Source: Eledone cirrhosa (lineage: Eukaryota). From it: a DNA stretch of 64,000 nucleotides. The stretch is from the NCBI GenBank assembly GCA_964016885.1, contig OZ024759.1:6572001-6636000 (forward strand), written 5' to 3'. The notes beneath the pieces were generated by a model, which searched no databases, was not told the origin of the DNA, and saw only the letters and a list, made by a program, of their open reading frames with translations. The position numbers and the translations under genes are program-made. Positions 12,881 through 26,797 of the stretch are shown one piece after another; the first letter of the stretch is position 1, and each line of letters starts with the position of its first letter.

Positions 12881-15800
12881 CTAACAGCGCTGCGATCGAA
12901 TGTGGCTTTTTAGCCCAGCCAATGATCTAAAATGTCTTGCACAGAGTCGGCAACCAAAACATTCACTGGGAATAGCCGGCTGTGGTTGGAGTTCATGTAC
13001 TTTTGCATGTCGCTTGAGCCCTCCTGCTGATTTACATTCTCTACCGCATGTTTGGCAAGCATGATGAGTAGCATCTCCAACAGCAGCCTGGTAGTCAACC
13101 ACTGGTCTTACTTTATGACTGCGAAGATGACTTTCGAGTCCAGCTTTGCTTAGGCAGAGTCTGGCACAGACGCTGCATGTCAGCACCATAGGAGGACCCT
13201 CGCCGTCTGGAAGTGCAACAGCAATGCCCTTCCTCACATCGCGCTTTACTTTCTCGTATGCGATTCGAGATGCCTCAAAGGCAACTTTTCCCTCATATAC
13301 AGTCTTTCTCCATTTATTACGATCAGCAGCAATATTTTCCCATGTATCAGCAGAGATATTAGCGTCTTTCAGAGAGGCTTTCAAGGAATCCTTATACCTC
13401 TTTTTTGGTTTATGTGGCGGTCGTTTTCCTTTAACCAACTCTCCATAAAAGAGTTGTTTTGGTATTCTAGAATCCTTCATCCTGGCAAGGTGACCACTCC
13501 AACGGAGTCGTTGCTTAAGCACAAGAGCTTCTATACTGTCACACATAGAGCTTTACAAAATCTCGACATCACTGATGTTGTCCCTCCAGTGAACACCATG
13601 GATCCGTCTGAGACACATCTGATGGAAACGCTGCAATTGCTTAAGGTGGTGTCGATATGTGACCCAGGTCTCGCAGGCATAAAGAAGACAAGAGAGCACA
13701 CATCCCCTGTACACCTTTACCTTTGTTCTCCTGCATATGTCTCGCCGACCCCAGAGTCGCCTTTCTAGCTTTCCGAAAGCATCACTTGCTTTCCTAATCC
13801 TGAGTGAGATTTCACTGTCAAGGTTGCTGTATCGATTGACAGTGCTTCCCAGGTAGACAAACTGATCAACCACTCCAAGTCGTTTACCATACACATAGAT
13901 ATTTGGTTCAGCGTACTGCTTACCAGGGGCAGGTTGGTACATGACAACGGTTTTCTTGAGACTGACAGTCAATCCTAGGGCAGTGCAAGCGTCAGAAAAT
14001 GCATTCAAAATGTGCTGCATATCAATCTCTGTGTGCACTACAAGATCGCAATCATCTGCATACAAGAGGTCTCTTATGATTGATGTAAATACTTTTGTCT
14101 TTGCAGCAAAGCGCCTGATGTTAAATATGCTGCCTGAGGTTCGATATCTGATGTAAACACCATGCTCGCAATTCCTGAATGCAATACAGAAAACCATTGC
14201 AAAGTATATGGCAAACAGGGTCGGTGCTGGAATATCCCCCTGTTTCACTCCATTTTTTACTGAGATAGGCTCCGACATGTTACCTCCGACATTAACCCAA
14301 GCCTTCATGTCGTCATGGAAAGACCTAACTAAAGCAAGGAACTTATCATGGCAACCAAGTTTCTGGAGAACCTTCCATAATGCATCTCTGTTAACAGTAT
14401 CGAAAGCTTTTGTCAGGTCGACAAAAACCTGATACAGATCCAAACCTTGTTCCATGCACTTCTGGAGCTGTCTAGCTGAGAAGATCATATCAGTAGTGCC
14501 GCGTCCAGCACGAAAACCAGATTGACTTTCAGGAAGAACACAATCTGCAATGTGTGTCAGCAGACGGTCCAGAAGCACCCTACATAAAACTTTCCCTACG
14601 ACAGAAAGCAATGATATACCTCTGTAGTTCCCACAATCATTCCTGTTATCCTTTCCCTTGTACAAGACCACCATTACTGCATCTCTCCAGTCCTCAGGTA
14701 CGGATTCATTAGCCCATATCCTGGAAAACAAAGAGTGAAGATGTTGCAGGAGTCTCTCACCACCATATTGTAGGAGCTCAGCATGTATGGCATCCATACC
14801 TGGAGACCTTCCACTGTTCAGCTTCGAGATAGCCACTGCAACCTCCACAAGCGTCGGAGGTTCAGCGAGAGCTACTTTCACAGGACTTTCTGGAATGAGA
14901 TTGAGGAAATCTTCACTGACGACAGACGGCTGATTCAAAAGATCATCAAAGTGCTCTCGCCACCTTCGTAGAATTCCCTGTGAGTCACGAAGAAGTTATT
15001 TGCCATCCTTGCTGCGAAGCGGTGTCACCAGAGAAGAAGACTGTCCATAAACCTCACGCAAGAGACTGTACAACAGCTTTGTGTTATTGGAATCTGACGC
15101 AGTTTGTATCTCACCAGCCTTCTCACTCCACCACTGATCCTTCATCTGAGAAAGACTCCGCCTAACACGTGATTTTACATCCTTCAGTTCCTCATGCAAC
15201 GTATTCCTCTCCTGTGGTTTTGCCGTCAAGTAGCGTGACAGAGCACGCCTCTTATCAGCCAACAAGTCTTCTATATGTTCATCATTCTCATTAAACCAGT
15301 CCTGATGTTTTCTCTGCACCAATCCCAGAACACGCCAGCCTACATCATAAACCGACTTTTTAAGGGTCGGCCAATCCTCACCAAGATCTGCAGCCTGCAT
15401 CTCTTCTTCCAATGTCCTCTTCACATTTTTATCCTTAAGACGAGCAGCATTCAATCTTTTGGGCAGGGCAACACCAGGAGACCGGATTTTACGTTTAGTG
15501 ATTAGTTTCACTTTTGCGCGTACCAGGCGGTGGTCCGTCCAGCACTCAGCTCCACGAAGAGCACGAACACACTGCACATCCTGTCTGTCACGCATCCTGA
15601 CTAGGACGTAGTCCAAACGATGCCATTCCTTAGATGCAGGATGCATCCATGTGGTCTTGAATTTGTTCTTTTGTTGGAACATGGTGTTGGTAACACACAG
15701 ATCCAGCTCCTCACACATCTGCAGCAGGAGCATACCATTGTTGTTACACTTTCCCACCCCATGCCTTCCGATTACATTCCATGTGTTAAAATCCCTACCC

Positions 15801-16718
15801 ACTTTAGCATTAAAGTCACCAAGCACGATGACTTTGTCTGCCTGAGGGATATTTCTTAAAACACCTTTCAAGGCATGGTAAAAGGACACTTTTTCTTCAT
15901 CGACAGAATTCATAGTTGGAGCATACACACTCACCAGGGTCGCATATCTTCCTTTGTCCAGCGGAATTCTCATGGACATAAGATGCTCACTAATCCCTAC
16001 TGGGAATTCTTCTAATTTATTCACAAGAACAGTCTTAACAGCAAATGCTACCCCAGCCTCTCTTCTGGTTCCTTCATCTCTTCCTTTCCAGAAGAATGTA
16101 TATTCTCCACAAAATTCTGTAAGATGACCATCTCCAGCTAACCTCGTCTCAGATAAAGCCACGATGTCAAGATCGCAACGTCGAAGCTACTTTGCAACAA
16201 GAGCGGTCCTTCGTTCAGGACGTTCCGAGGTAGCCCTGTCAAGCAGCGTCCGTACGTTCCAGCAGCCAAGACTAAATGCCTTGTTTGGCTCTATTACAAT
16301 GGCACGATGACGAGCGGGCCCAGGCTGTGATAACCTGGGGCCCCTGCCCTTATTGCCAATTATCTTTTTTGTTCCAGAACCTAAATTGCCAATTATCTCT
16401 TTTAAATTGTTCTGGAACATCATTGAATTGAATAAAATAAAAAAATAAAAAAAAGTAATAATAATAATAATAATAGTACACTATTAATAATTATTAATGC
16501 ACTCGTGCAATGCCTGTGCGTGACGAATATTTTTAAAGTGAGGAAAGACTGTGCACTGAGCCAATCCCACTCTCTGAGAGACAGTAGCTATAACCCGAAA
16601 AGAAGAAAAGATCAACATCATCGGTAACTACTGAGCCGCAGGTTTTATGTCGGAGTTAACTCAGTTTCCTGAGTTGCCTTCTCCTAGAAGAATGCCCTGA
16701 CAAGGGCTAGGGCTTCTT
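12881..16718 (-). mobile_element. near full-length RTE-clade LINE; single ORF (AP endonuclease - RT - 3x C2H2) with three in-frame stops
   Basis: LGCWNVRTL, ALSETRL, VYAPT, LGDFNA, WHRLDY, TDHRLV; NYRGISLLS, QSGFR, FVDLTKAFDTV, GVKQGD, LLYADD, YLGS; ORF pieces 16187-16423, 14996-16162, 13553-14938 and 12881-13546 are all in one frame. Confidence 0.95.
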
Positions 16719-16723
16719 CACTC

Positions 16724-17735
16724 CGGTGGCGGTGGTGGTGGTAGTGGTGGTGGCGGTGGTGGTGGTGGTGGTGGCGGTGGTGGTGGTGGCGGTGGTGGTG
16801 GTGGTGGTGGTGGTGGTGGCGGCGGTGGTGGTGGTGGTGGTGGTGGCGGTGGTGGTGGTGGTGGTGGCGGTGGCGGTGGTGGTGGTGGTGGTGGTGGTGG
16901 TGGTGGTGGCGGCGGCGGTGGTGGTGGTGGTGGTGGTGGTGGTGGTGGCGGTGGTGGTGGTGGTGGTGGTGGTGGCGGTGGTGGTGGTGGTGGTGGTGGT
17001 GGTGGTGGTGGTGGCGGCGGTGGTGGTGGTGGTGGTGGTGGCGGTGGCGGTGGTGGTGGTGGTGGTGGTGGCGGCGGTGGTGGTGGTGGTGGTGGCGGTG
17101 GTGGTGGTGGTGGTGGTGGCGGTGGCGGTGGTGGTCGTGGTGGTGGTGGTGGCGGTGGCGGTGGTGGTGGTGGTGGTGGCGGTGGCGGTGGTGGTGGTGG
17201 TGGTGGCGGCGGTGGTGGTGGTGGTGGTGGTGGTGGTGGCGGTGGTGGTGGCGGTGGTGGTGGTGGTGGTGGTGGTGGTGGTGGCGGTGGTGGCGGTGGT
17301 GGTGGTGGTGGTGGTGGTGGTGGCGGTGGTGGCGGTGGTGGTGGTGGTGGTGGTGGTGGTGGTGGTGGTGGTGGTGGCGGTGGTGGCGGTGGTGGTGGTG
17401 GTGGTGGTGGTGGTGGTGGCGGTGGCGGCGGTGGTGGCGGTGGTGGTGGTGGTGGTGGTGGTGGTGGTGGTGGTGGTGGTGGCGGTGGTGGCGGTGGTGG
17501 TGGTGGTGGTGGTGGTGGTGGTGGTGGCGGTGGTGGCGGTGGTGGTGGTGGGGTGGCGGTGGTGGCGGTGGTGGCGGTGGTGGTGGTGGCGGTGGTGGTG
17601 GTGGTGGTGGTGGTGGTGGTGGTGGTGGTGGTGGTGGTGGCGGTGGTGGCGGTGGTGGTGGTGGTGGTGGTGGTGGTGGCGGTGGTGGTGGTGGTGGTGG
17701 TGGTGGTGGTGGTGGTGGTGGCGGTGGTGGTGGTG
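16724..17735. repeat. ~1-kb (GGT/GGC)n trinucleotide tract abutting the RTE 5' end
   Basis: Direct inspection. Confidence 0.95.
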
Positions 17736-17754
17736 ATGTTGTTATACATAGATA

Positions 17755-18015
17755 CATACACATACACATTAGCACATACATACACACATACATGCACATT
17801 AGCACTTACATGCAAAATACATACACATTAGCACATACATACACATTAGCACATACATACACATTAGCACATACATACATACACATTAGCACATACATAC
17901 ACATTAGCACATACATACACATTAGCACATACATACACATTAGCCCATACATACATACACATTAGCACATACATACATACACATTAGCACATACATACAC
18001 ATTAATACATACATA
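17755..18015. repeat. 18-22-bp minisatellite ACATTAGCACATACATAC
   Basis: About 11 copies. Confidence 0.85.
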
Positions 18016-18022
18016 TATAATT

Positions 18023-18112
18023 GTTTGCCTTTCATCCTTACGGGGTCGATACAATAAAGTACCAGTAATACACTGAGTAATTGCTGGCCTTGTGCCAAAA
18101 GTAGAAACAATT
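18023..18112 (+). mobile_element. SINE family A, 3' fragment
   Basis: TTGCCTTTCATCCTTACGGGGTCGAT...GTAGAAACAATT. Confidence 0.75.
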
Positions 18113-18119
18113 ATATATA

Positions 18120-18156
18120 CTAGCAGAAAAACCACCTTCGAGTGGTTTTCTAATAG
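18120..18156 (-). mobile_element. Helitron 3' terminus (hairpin + CTAG|T)
   Basis: Plus strand CTAGCAGAAAACCAC CTTCGA GTGGTTTTCT; homologous to 38512-38548. Confidence 0.65.
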
Positions 18157-19640
18157 CTTGTGTAGTGTGTATATTGATATTATACGCAGGTATATATACA
18201 TGTAGATATGATACATGTGTAGTGTGTATATTGATATTATACGCAGGTATATATACATGTAGATATGATACATGTGTAGTGTGTATATTGATATTATACG
18301 CAGGTATATATACATGTAGATATGATACATGTGTAGTGTGTATATTGATATTATACGCAGGTATATATACATGTAGATATGATACATGTGTAGTGTGTAT
18401 ATTGATATTATACGCAGGTATATATACATGTAGATATGATACATGTGTAGTGTGTATTTTGATATTATACGCAGGTATATATACATGTAGATATGATACA
18501 TGTGTAGTGTGTATATTGATATTATACGCAGGTATATATACATGTAGATATGATACATGTGTAGTGTGTATATTGATATTATACGCAGGTATATATACAT
18601 GTAGATAAGATACATGTGTAGTGTGTATATTGATATTATACGCAGGTATATATACATGTTGATAAGATACATGTGTAGTGTGTATATTGATATTATACGC
18701 AGGTATATATACATGTAGATATGATACATGTGTAGTGTGTATATTGATATTATACGCAGGTATATATACATGTAGATATGATACATGTGTAGTGTGTATA
18801 TTGATATTATACGCAGGTATATATACATGTAGATATGATACATGTGTAGTGTGTATATTGATATTATACGCAAGTATATATACATGTAGATATGATACAT
18901 GTGTAGTGTGTATATTGATATTATACGCAAGTATATATACATGTAGATATGATACATGTGTAGTGTGTATATTGATATTATACGCAGGTATATATACATG
19001 TAGATATGATACATGTGTAGTGTGTATATTGATATTATACGCAGGTATATATACATGTAGATAAGATACATGTGTAGTGTGTATATTGATATTATACGCA
19101 GGTATATATACATGTAGATATGATACATGTGTAGTGTGTATATTGATATTATACGCAGGTATATATACATGTAGATATGATACATGTGTAGTGTGTATAT
19201 TGATATTATACGCAGGTATATATACATGTAGATAAGATACATGTGTAGTGTGTATATTGATATTATACGCAGGTATATATACATGTTGATAAGATACATG
19301 TGTAGTGTGTATATTGATATTATACGCAAGTATATATACATGTAGATATGATACATGTGCAGTGTGTATATTGATATTATACGCAAGTATATATACATGT
19401 TGATATGATACATGTGTAGTGTGTATATTGATATTATACGCAGGTATATATACATGTAGATATGATACATGTGTAGTGTGTATATTGATATTATACGCAG
19501 GTATATATACATGTTGATATGATACATGTGTAGTGTGTATATTGATATTATACGCAGGTATATATACATGTAGATATGATACATGTGTAGTGTGTATATT
19601 GATATTATACGCAGGTATATATACATGTTGATATGATACA
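18157..19640. repeat. 57-bp tandem repeat, ~26 near-identical copies
   Basis: TGTGTAGTGTGTATATTGATATTATACGCAGGTATATATACATGTAGATATGATACA. Confidence 0.95.
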
Positions 19641-19901
19641 TCAAATAAAATCGTAATTGACAATATACACAGAAATTGACAATATACACAGAAATCAGTA
19701 ACGTAATCCATGATACATTAAATAAGACGATATTATATATAAACTGCATTAGGAGAAAATTAGTATGTTTATTTAAGTGATCGCCAACCGGAAGTGTTGA
19801 CATTTCAGAAATTTTAAAGAAGTGAATCTTTAAGTAAACAAAATATATTTAATAAACAGCCACAAAATTTAGTAGATAAATTATGTAATATTCATTCATT
19901 G

Positions 19902-20088
19902 GTGGATTGGCAGTATCGGTAGAGGGTCGGACGCCATGCTTTGAAGCATAGAGTTACCTCCCTGTATGATCTGAGTTCAAAGCCCGCCGAAGTTAACTTT
20001 GCCTTTCATCTTTACGGGGTCGATAAAATAAAGTACCAGTAATACACTGGTATAATTGCTGGCCTTGTGCCAAAAGTAGAAACAATTA
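19902..20088 (+). mobile_element. SINE family A
   Basis: Full-length match to the other copies. Confidence 0.85.
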
Positions 20089-20185
20089 TTTATTCAAAGT
20101 AATCCAACTTATTTTACAAACGGGATAAAAAAAACCATACGCAGTCCTGCAGACCTTCCTTTATTATAGCTTAGATATATGTAGG

Positions 20186-20450
20186 GGCGGTGGATTGGCA
20201 GTATCGGTAGAGGGTCGGACGCCATGATTTGACTCATAGAGTTACGGCCCTTGCCATTCTGAGTTTAAATCCCGCCGAGGTTAACTTTGCCTTTCATCCT
20301 TACGGGATCGATAAAATAAAGTAAAAAAGTGAAGGCGCGTGGCTGAGTGGTTAGAGAATTGGATACACAATCGTGAGGTTGTGAGTTCGATTCCCAGACT
20401 GGGTGATGCGTTATGTCCTTGAGCAAGACACTTTATTTCACGTTGCTCCT
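20186..20450 (+). mobile_element. 3'-truncated SINE A (20186-20322) followed by a SINE B head (20332-20450)
   Basis: GGCGCGTGGCTGAGTGGTTAGAG A box, GAGTTCGATTCC B box, GTCCTTGAGCAAGACACTTTATTTCACGTTGCTCC. Confidence 0.8.
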
Positions 20451-20544
20451 TCTACCTGGAGTTGCGACAGATAGATAGTATTAGCAATTGGAAAGACCAA
20501 TGGATACATTGTTTCCTCGGTCCGATTTGACGAAAGTCGATCGA

Positions 20545-20590
<46 letters not shown>

Positions 20591-20759
20591 TATATGGAAA
20601 AAATGGAAAAAATGAAACGAAATTTCATTTCTCACTCTTAGTACGGCTGTTACTTAAATATAAGTATGTATACGTACATACATATATGTATACAGTATAT
20701 ACATACTACTGTACGTCTGTATACATATATGTATGTACGTATACATACTTATATTAATA

Positions 20760-20810
<51 letters not shown>

Positions 20811-20866
20811 AATAATTAAGTCCAAATATGTAAAATTTGACTTCGTTTATTATAAATTATAGATAT

Positions 20867-20921
20867 ACTGTTATATATATTTCGGTGACAGCCATCATTG
20901 GCTGTGACCTCTTCAGGCAGT
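20867..20921 (-). ncRNA. minimal type I hammerhead ribozyme
   Basis: ACUGc-CUGAAGA-GGUcACAGCCA AUGA UGGCUGUcACC-GAAA-UAUAUA-UA-aCAGU. Confidence 0.75.
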
Positions 20922-21570
20922 CCGAATTGGTGTGGGAAAGACAGGTACACATGTTGTTGAAGTGTGTTTTACTCCCTCAATACATCGATATGTCCAGCTC
21001 CTGGTTGTATTGTTATTTCAACAACATGTATATAGCAGTATATCTATAATTTATAATAAACAAAGCCAAATTTTACATATTTGACTTAATTATTTTACAT
21101 TACTCCGGAGTAAACAAACCAACCTGCGTACTGCGTCGAGTGCTCCAATCTGCATACTGAGGTGTCGGTAAACAACCAACATATACTCAATATATATATA
21201 TATCTTCTTCTTTCTTCTCTTCTATCTCTCTCTCTTCCTTTTCTTCCCTAACATGGATATTTACACATTTAAATATTTATGTATGTATGTGTTTATTTAT
21301 TTCTTCTCACATTTTCTCACACTCACCCCCTCCTTATACCCACATCTCACTCCACATCCTCTTCTTCATCATATTTAAGTTTATCATGTTATTATTTTTG
21401 GTATATAAATATTGAGATTTGTTGTATTTCATGTATTTTATCTGACGAGGACGTATTTTATCTGACGAGGACGTATTTTATCTGACGAGGACGTACTGAA
21501 AAAAAATCACTGCCAATACTGGAATTGAACCATCAAGACAGTTGAGGTATGTCATACATCAATTCATGTA

Positions 21571-21634
21571 TTTTATCTGACGAGGACGTACTGAAAAAAA
21601 ACAGCACAGCACCTCCGAAATATATATAATAAAA
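21571..21634 (+). ncRNA. minimal type I hammerhead ribozyme
   Basis: UUUUAU-CUGACGA-GGA...UCC-GAAA-UAUAUA-UA-AUAAAA, 6-bp stem I. Confidence 0.75.
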
Positions 21635-21676
21635 CATATTTTGATTATGTGAACGTCTTCATTTATTAATATTTTG

Positions 21677-21718
<42 letters not shown>

Positions 21719-21719
<1 letters not shown>

Positions 21720-21812
21720 TTGGTACTTTATTTTATCGACCCCGTAAGGATGAAAGGCAAAGTCAACCTCGGCGGGATTTGAACTCAGATCGTAAAGGGA
21801 CGTAACTATGCT
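21719..21812 (-). mobile_element. SINE family A, internal fragment
   Basis: Same sequence as about 2330-2420. Confidence 0.8.
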
Positions 21813-22561
21813 GGAAACAAATAATGCCATCACGACCACCTACAAAAAGTTAAATGAGATGGCATTGACTGAGACAAATGCGGCCGGAAAAGAAATCGCT
21901 AAGTCCCTTAATTTACACGACCGAACCGAACCTTTAATGGTAAAGACCCCACACTTTACTCTGAAGGATCACAAGGGAAACTTCCTCAACAAATAATCAG
22001 TTAGACCCCACACGTTCGGACATCGGCTGAAACAGCAAAAAGATCCCCGATAGAGTTCTACCATCCTTGCGGGCTGCCTCCCCACTCCCACTCTGGAGCA
22101 GAACATCTGAGGCAATATCTTGGGGCCAAGAATTGCCCGACAAATGACACACTCGCTTCCTGCAACTCGACATAGAAAACTACTATGAATCTATCTCAGA
22201 GCCCCTCCCGAAGGACGCACTTACCTTTGCCAGGAATTTTACCACCATAACCGATGCTGAGCAAGATGTTATCCTCCACGCCCGTAAGACCTTCTTCCTA
22301 CACCACGGCGGATCTTACTGGATCAACAAGAAGTCTCAGACCCCCCCTTTGACGTCAGCATGGGATCGAGTGACTCGGCTGAAATAAGCGACCTCGTACA
22401 TTTTACATCACCTGAAGAACCTCTTTACTGGCCTCACCAGAGGTTTATACCGAGACGACGGCCTCTTCGCCCTACACAAGGTTAACCCCAGAACCACTGA
22501 TAGGTTTCGGAGAAAGTTAAGTTCGTTCTTCCGTAATCTAGGATTTAGTATAACTATAGAA
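21813..22561 (+). pseudogene. decayed PLE reverse transcriptase fragment (Hydra-like group)
   Basis: FTLKDHKGNF, FLQLDIENYYESISE, FDVSMGSSDSAEISDLV, GLYRDDGL...LGFSITIE across frameshifts. Confidence 0.8.
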
Positions 22562-22574
22562 TATATATATATAT

Positions 22575-22845
22575 AAGACACTTTATTTCACGTTGCTCCA
22601 GTCCACTGTGTCCTTAAGCAAGACACTTTATTTCACGTTGCTCCAGTGTACTCAGCTGGTGAAACGCGTCGTTCTTGTAATTCAAATGACCAGCCATATC
22701 ACATTCTGTGTCACGCTGAATCTCCCTGAGAACTACCTTAAAGGTATGCGTATTTGTGGAATGCTCAGCCACTTGCACGTTAATTTCACGAGCAGGCTGT
22801 TCTGTTGATCGTATCAAGTGGAACCGACAGAGTGCCATCAAACCC
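22575..22845 (+). mobile_element. SINE sharing the family B head/core, different body
   Basis: AAGACACTTTATTTCACGTTGCTCCAG (duplicated), then a body shared with 33160-33412. Confidence 0.75.
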
Positions 22846-23332
22846 CCAAAATATATATACATACAGGCATACACATACATGCATACATATACACACATAG
22901 ATACAGACACACGAAACAATCTAAGAGATGGAAACTGGTAGTAAGTCAGCTAAAGGTAAACAGGAGTAGACACATACACCATCTTAGTGCACGAAATTGC
23001 ACGCGGGAAAGGTGGCTGGTGAAGTAGAGATAGAGTTGTCTCTTCGTCTTTGTAATTGTTTTTCTGCTGACATGTGTGTATATTGCCTATTACATCTGTA
23101 TGGTTTTATAATTTCACAAATCTTTACCAATAGAGAGAGAGAGTCGGTTTCTAAAATAGTTACAAGACTCTCTCATTGGAATTTACACAACATCAACTAA
23201 GTAGATATGTCTGCATGTCTGCATGCATGCATGTGCAGGTATGGATGTTATTGTATGTGTGGATGTGTATGTATTGAGTTGTATGTGTGCATGTGCATAT
23301 GCTTAGTATCTGTACATGTGTATATGCAGTTA

Positions 23333-23625
23333 TTAGATGCAAAATTTTTGGATTGTTTTACATATTTTTACTGTTCCATTAATGGATTGTACTTGTAATT
23401 TCCTAACTAGTTGTGTTCTTTCTGTTCCTGTGAAGCCTAGCTTCTCAAGATTTGTATTGAGGCAGTTACTAACATATCCCAGTGCCCCAATAATCACAGG
23501 TATAAATCTGAAGGTGTAATCAGGGTGGAGTATCTGCAGATTTCTCATCAGTTCTGCATAAATATTCTCCTTTTCGCTAATCTTTGATATTATATTGGCA
23601 TCTGCTGGGCAGCTAACTTCCACTA
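23333..23625 (-). pseudogene. C-terminus of a restriction-like-endonuclease LINE (R4/Dong-like)
   Basis: EVSCP...EKENIYAELMRNLQILHP...FIPVIIGALG...LEKLG...GTVKICK. Confidence 0.7.
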
Positions 23626-23874
23626 CTGTTCATTCCTTCTTTTCCCTGTCCCATATCATTATGTATGTATGTATGTATGTATGTATGTATGTATGTATGT
23701 ATGTATGTATGTATGTATGTATGTATGTATGTATGTTCTCTTTCTCTTAATTTCGAGTACATTTTTGACCGGCCACCTTCCTGGTGGCAAAGTTGTAAAA
23801 GAAAAGAAATTGTCATCCCTTGAATCGCAAGAATGTTTTGCAAATGTTGAAGGTGCCAGCTATCGCAGCCATTT

Positions 23875-24075
23875 GTAGACTATGAATTAGGGAGCTGCGC
23901 TCTTTGTTCGCAAATCCAAGTTCAGTCATACTTTGGTCCAAGCGGGTTGGTATATAACTCGTAGCTCCAATAATGATGGGTATAAAGCTGAAGGTGTATC
24001 TTGGATACTGGATCTGTAAACTGTGTTCACAGTCTTGATGAAGTCATCAGTTGGACATGCAATTTCTGTCAGTAG
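23875..24075 (-). pseudogene. second, more decayed R4/Dong-like C-terminal fragment
   Basis: TEIACP...LQIQYPRYTFSFIPIIIGA readable across frameshifts. Confidence 0.5.
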
Positions 24076-24856
24076 CTAACTTAGATAATTATAAGTTACC
24101 TCCCTTACATTGTCTCTCACTTAAACTCATTAGCACTTAACTATAAACCATCTACAATTTATAATTTCTCGAGGAGTTACTTCTCCTGATACCAGCCTCT
24201 AATTAGTAAGATAAATATGTCCTTTGGCGGCCATCTTGTTACCCATAGGCAGATCTCGCATAATGCAGCCTCGACAGAAGAATATTGCTCGCCTATGGCA
24301 GACAATAGATATACCCAGGACACCATAGTGAAATACCAATATATGGAACATTACATTCATGTAACCATCTTTCTTTACCTTAATTTATATTCCTTATCTA
24401 TATTTTCATTATCTCTTTTGAAGTTCCGATGAATTGCTCCATTTTTACCTTTAAGTTAATTATCTTCATCTGAACCAGATCAATAATGATCTATAATCAT
24501 TTGATCCAGAAACATTATATGGAGTAGCGAAACAATTGTAAACGGATATTATTAGTATTATTATTATTATGCTTTACATTCCTTACAATAAACTAAAATA
24601 TGTTGACAATCTTTAAATAATGTCTTCCTTGTGAAATTTGTGGTCTTGTTTTGCTTAACTAATGAATATTTCCAGCTCTGTGCACCTAACCTCTGCATGA
24701 ACCCAGTCACCTAGCTGCCTTCCACAGCATATTGAACATTGAGCACATGCCTTTACGCTTTTGGCTTCTAACTAATTCACAAATCTCTCTTCTCCTCTCC
24801 TATCTCCATCTCTCTCTTTAAGATTGGTTTACTCTTGAACTGTATATATATATATA

Positions 24857-25300
24857 TTGTTATACTTGGGGAGGGTCATATTGTTGTAATAATATTGCCA
24901 GAATTAATAGCAGAACACACTCACTGTTAATATCAGTTAATATCAGTTAATTTATTCGGTCTTCAATGTTTATCATTGACTGACCAACGGTCAAAAATAC
25001 AGATATAATATAGATATAAACACATATATATATAGTCTAACAAAGTTCTTTCGTTGCACATCTGCAACATCATCAATGGTACTATTATGTTCCTCCTGTT
25101 GTATTGTATGTCTATACCATCTTTATTTAATCTGTTTATTTATTTACTTTTGTCATCTTCTCTGCGCATGCGTTTGCGTGTGTGTATAGTGTTTGGTGTG
25201 TGTTAGTGTTTGGGTGACAGTGTTTTGGTTATTGTATTCTATCTTAGTTTACTAGTGTGTATTTATATGTTTGTTGTTATTGTGCTTGTGTATAAATATA
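24857..25300 (-). mobile_element. solo 3' UTR/pseudo-LTR of the PLE at 5459-7336
   Basis: Reverse complement of about 6730-7336; decayed HHR UUGAUGAU GUUGCA GAUG UGCAAC GAAA near 25048-25076. Confidence 0.85.
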
Positions 25301-25304
25301 TATG

Positions 25305-26386
<1,082 letters not shown>

Positions 26387-26451
26387 AATTTTTTCATACA
26401 TCTGGAGCCACTTTTTTTTACATAAAACAGGTAGAATTTCCAAAACTAATC

Positions 26452-26635
26452 AGATTAGAGCAAACATCACGGGCGCTCTATCTCAAAATTATTTTTCAAA
26501 AGCATTAGAAATGCGCAACCGCTAAAACTTAAAACCAAAACTGAATACTAACCAATACTATTACTAATTTTTACTTATTCCTAATTAAACTATTTTTCAC
26601 TGGGAACAATTTGTCAGCATCTTCTTTTCCTTTTA

Positions 26636-26640
<5 letters not shown>
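26452..26640 (+). repeat. dispersed (TA)n-adjacent repeat with HHR-like motif; inverted copy at 35477-35660
   Basis: UU(G/C)AAAA-GCAU UAGAA AUGC-GCAA-CCG(G/C)-UA. Confidence 0.7.
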
Positions 26641-26695
<55 letters not shown>

Positions 26696-26797
26696 TAACA
26701 GATTAATGTTTAAGCAAACAATCGAGCCCTCTTTGGCCCTCTTTGGATTTTAGTCTTCAAATTTATTATTATTACTATATATATATATATATATATA

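Noticed and set aside
13553-16189. Idea that the three RTE in-frame stops are rescued by A-to-I editing or readthrough
   Set aside because: They are simply explained as single-base nonsense changes; a codon also appears lost in ARQLQ-KC; no positive evidence
16684-19803. Poly-Pro/His/Val ORFs and 19-aa-repeat ORFs
   Set aside because: Translations of trinucleotide and 57-bp repeats
20486-20548. GAAA-GTCGATCGAC-TTA palindrome resembling HHR stem III
   Set aside because: No acceptable upstream core or stem I; at best a truncated remnant
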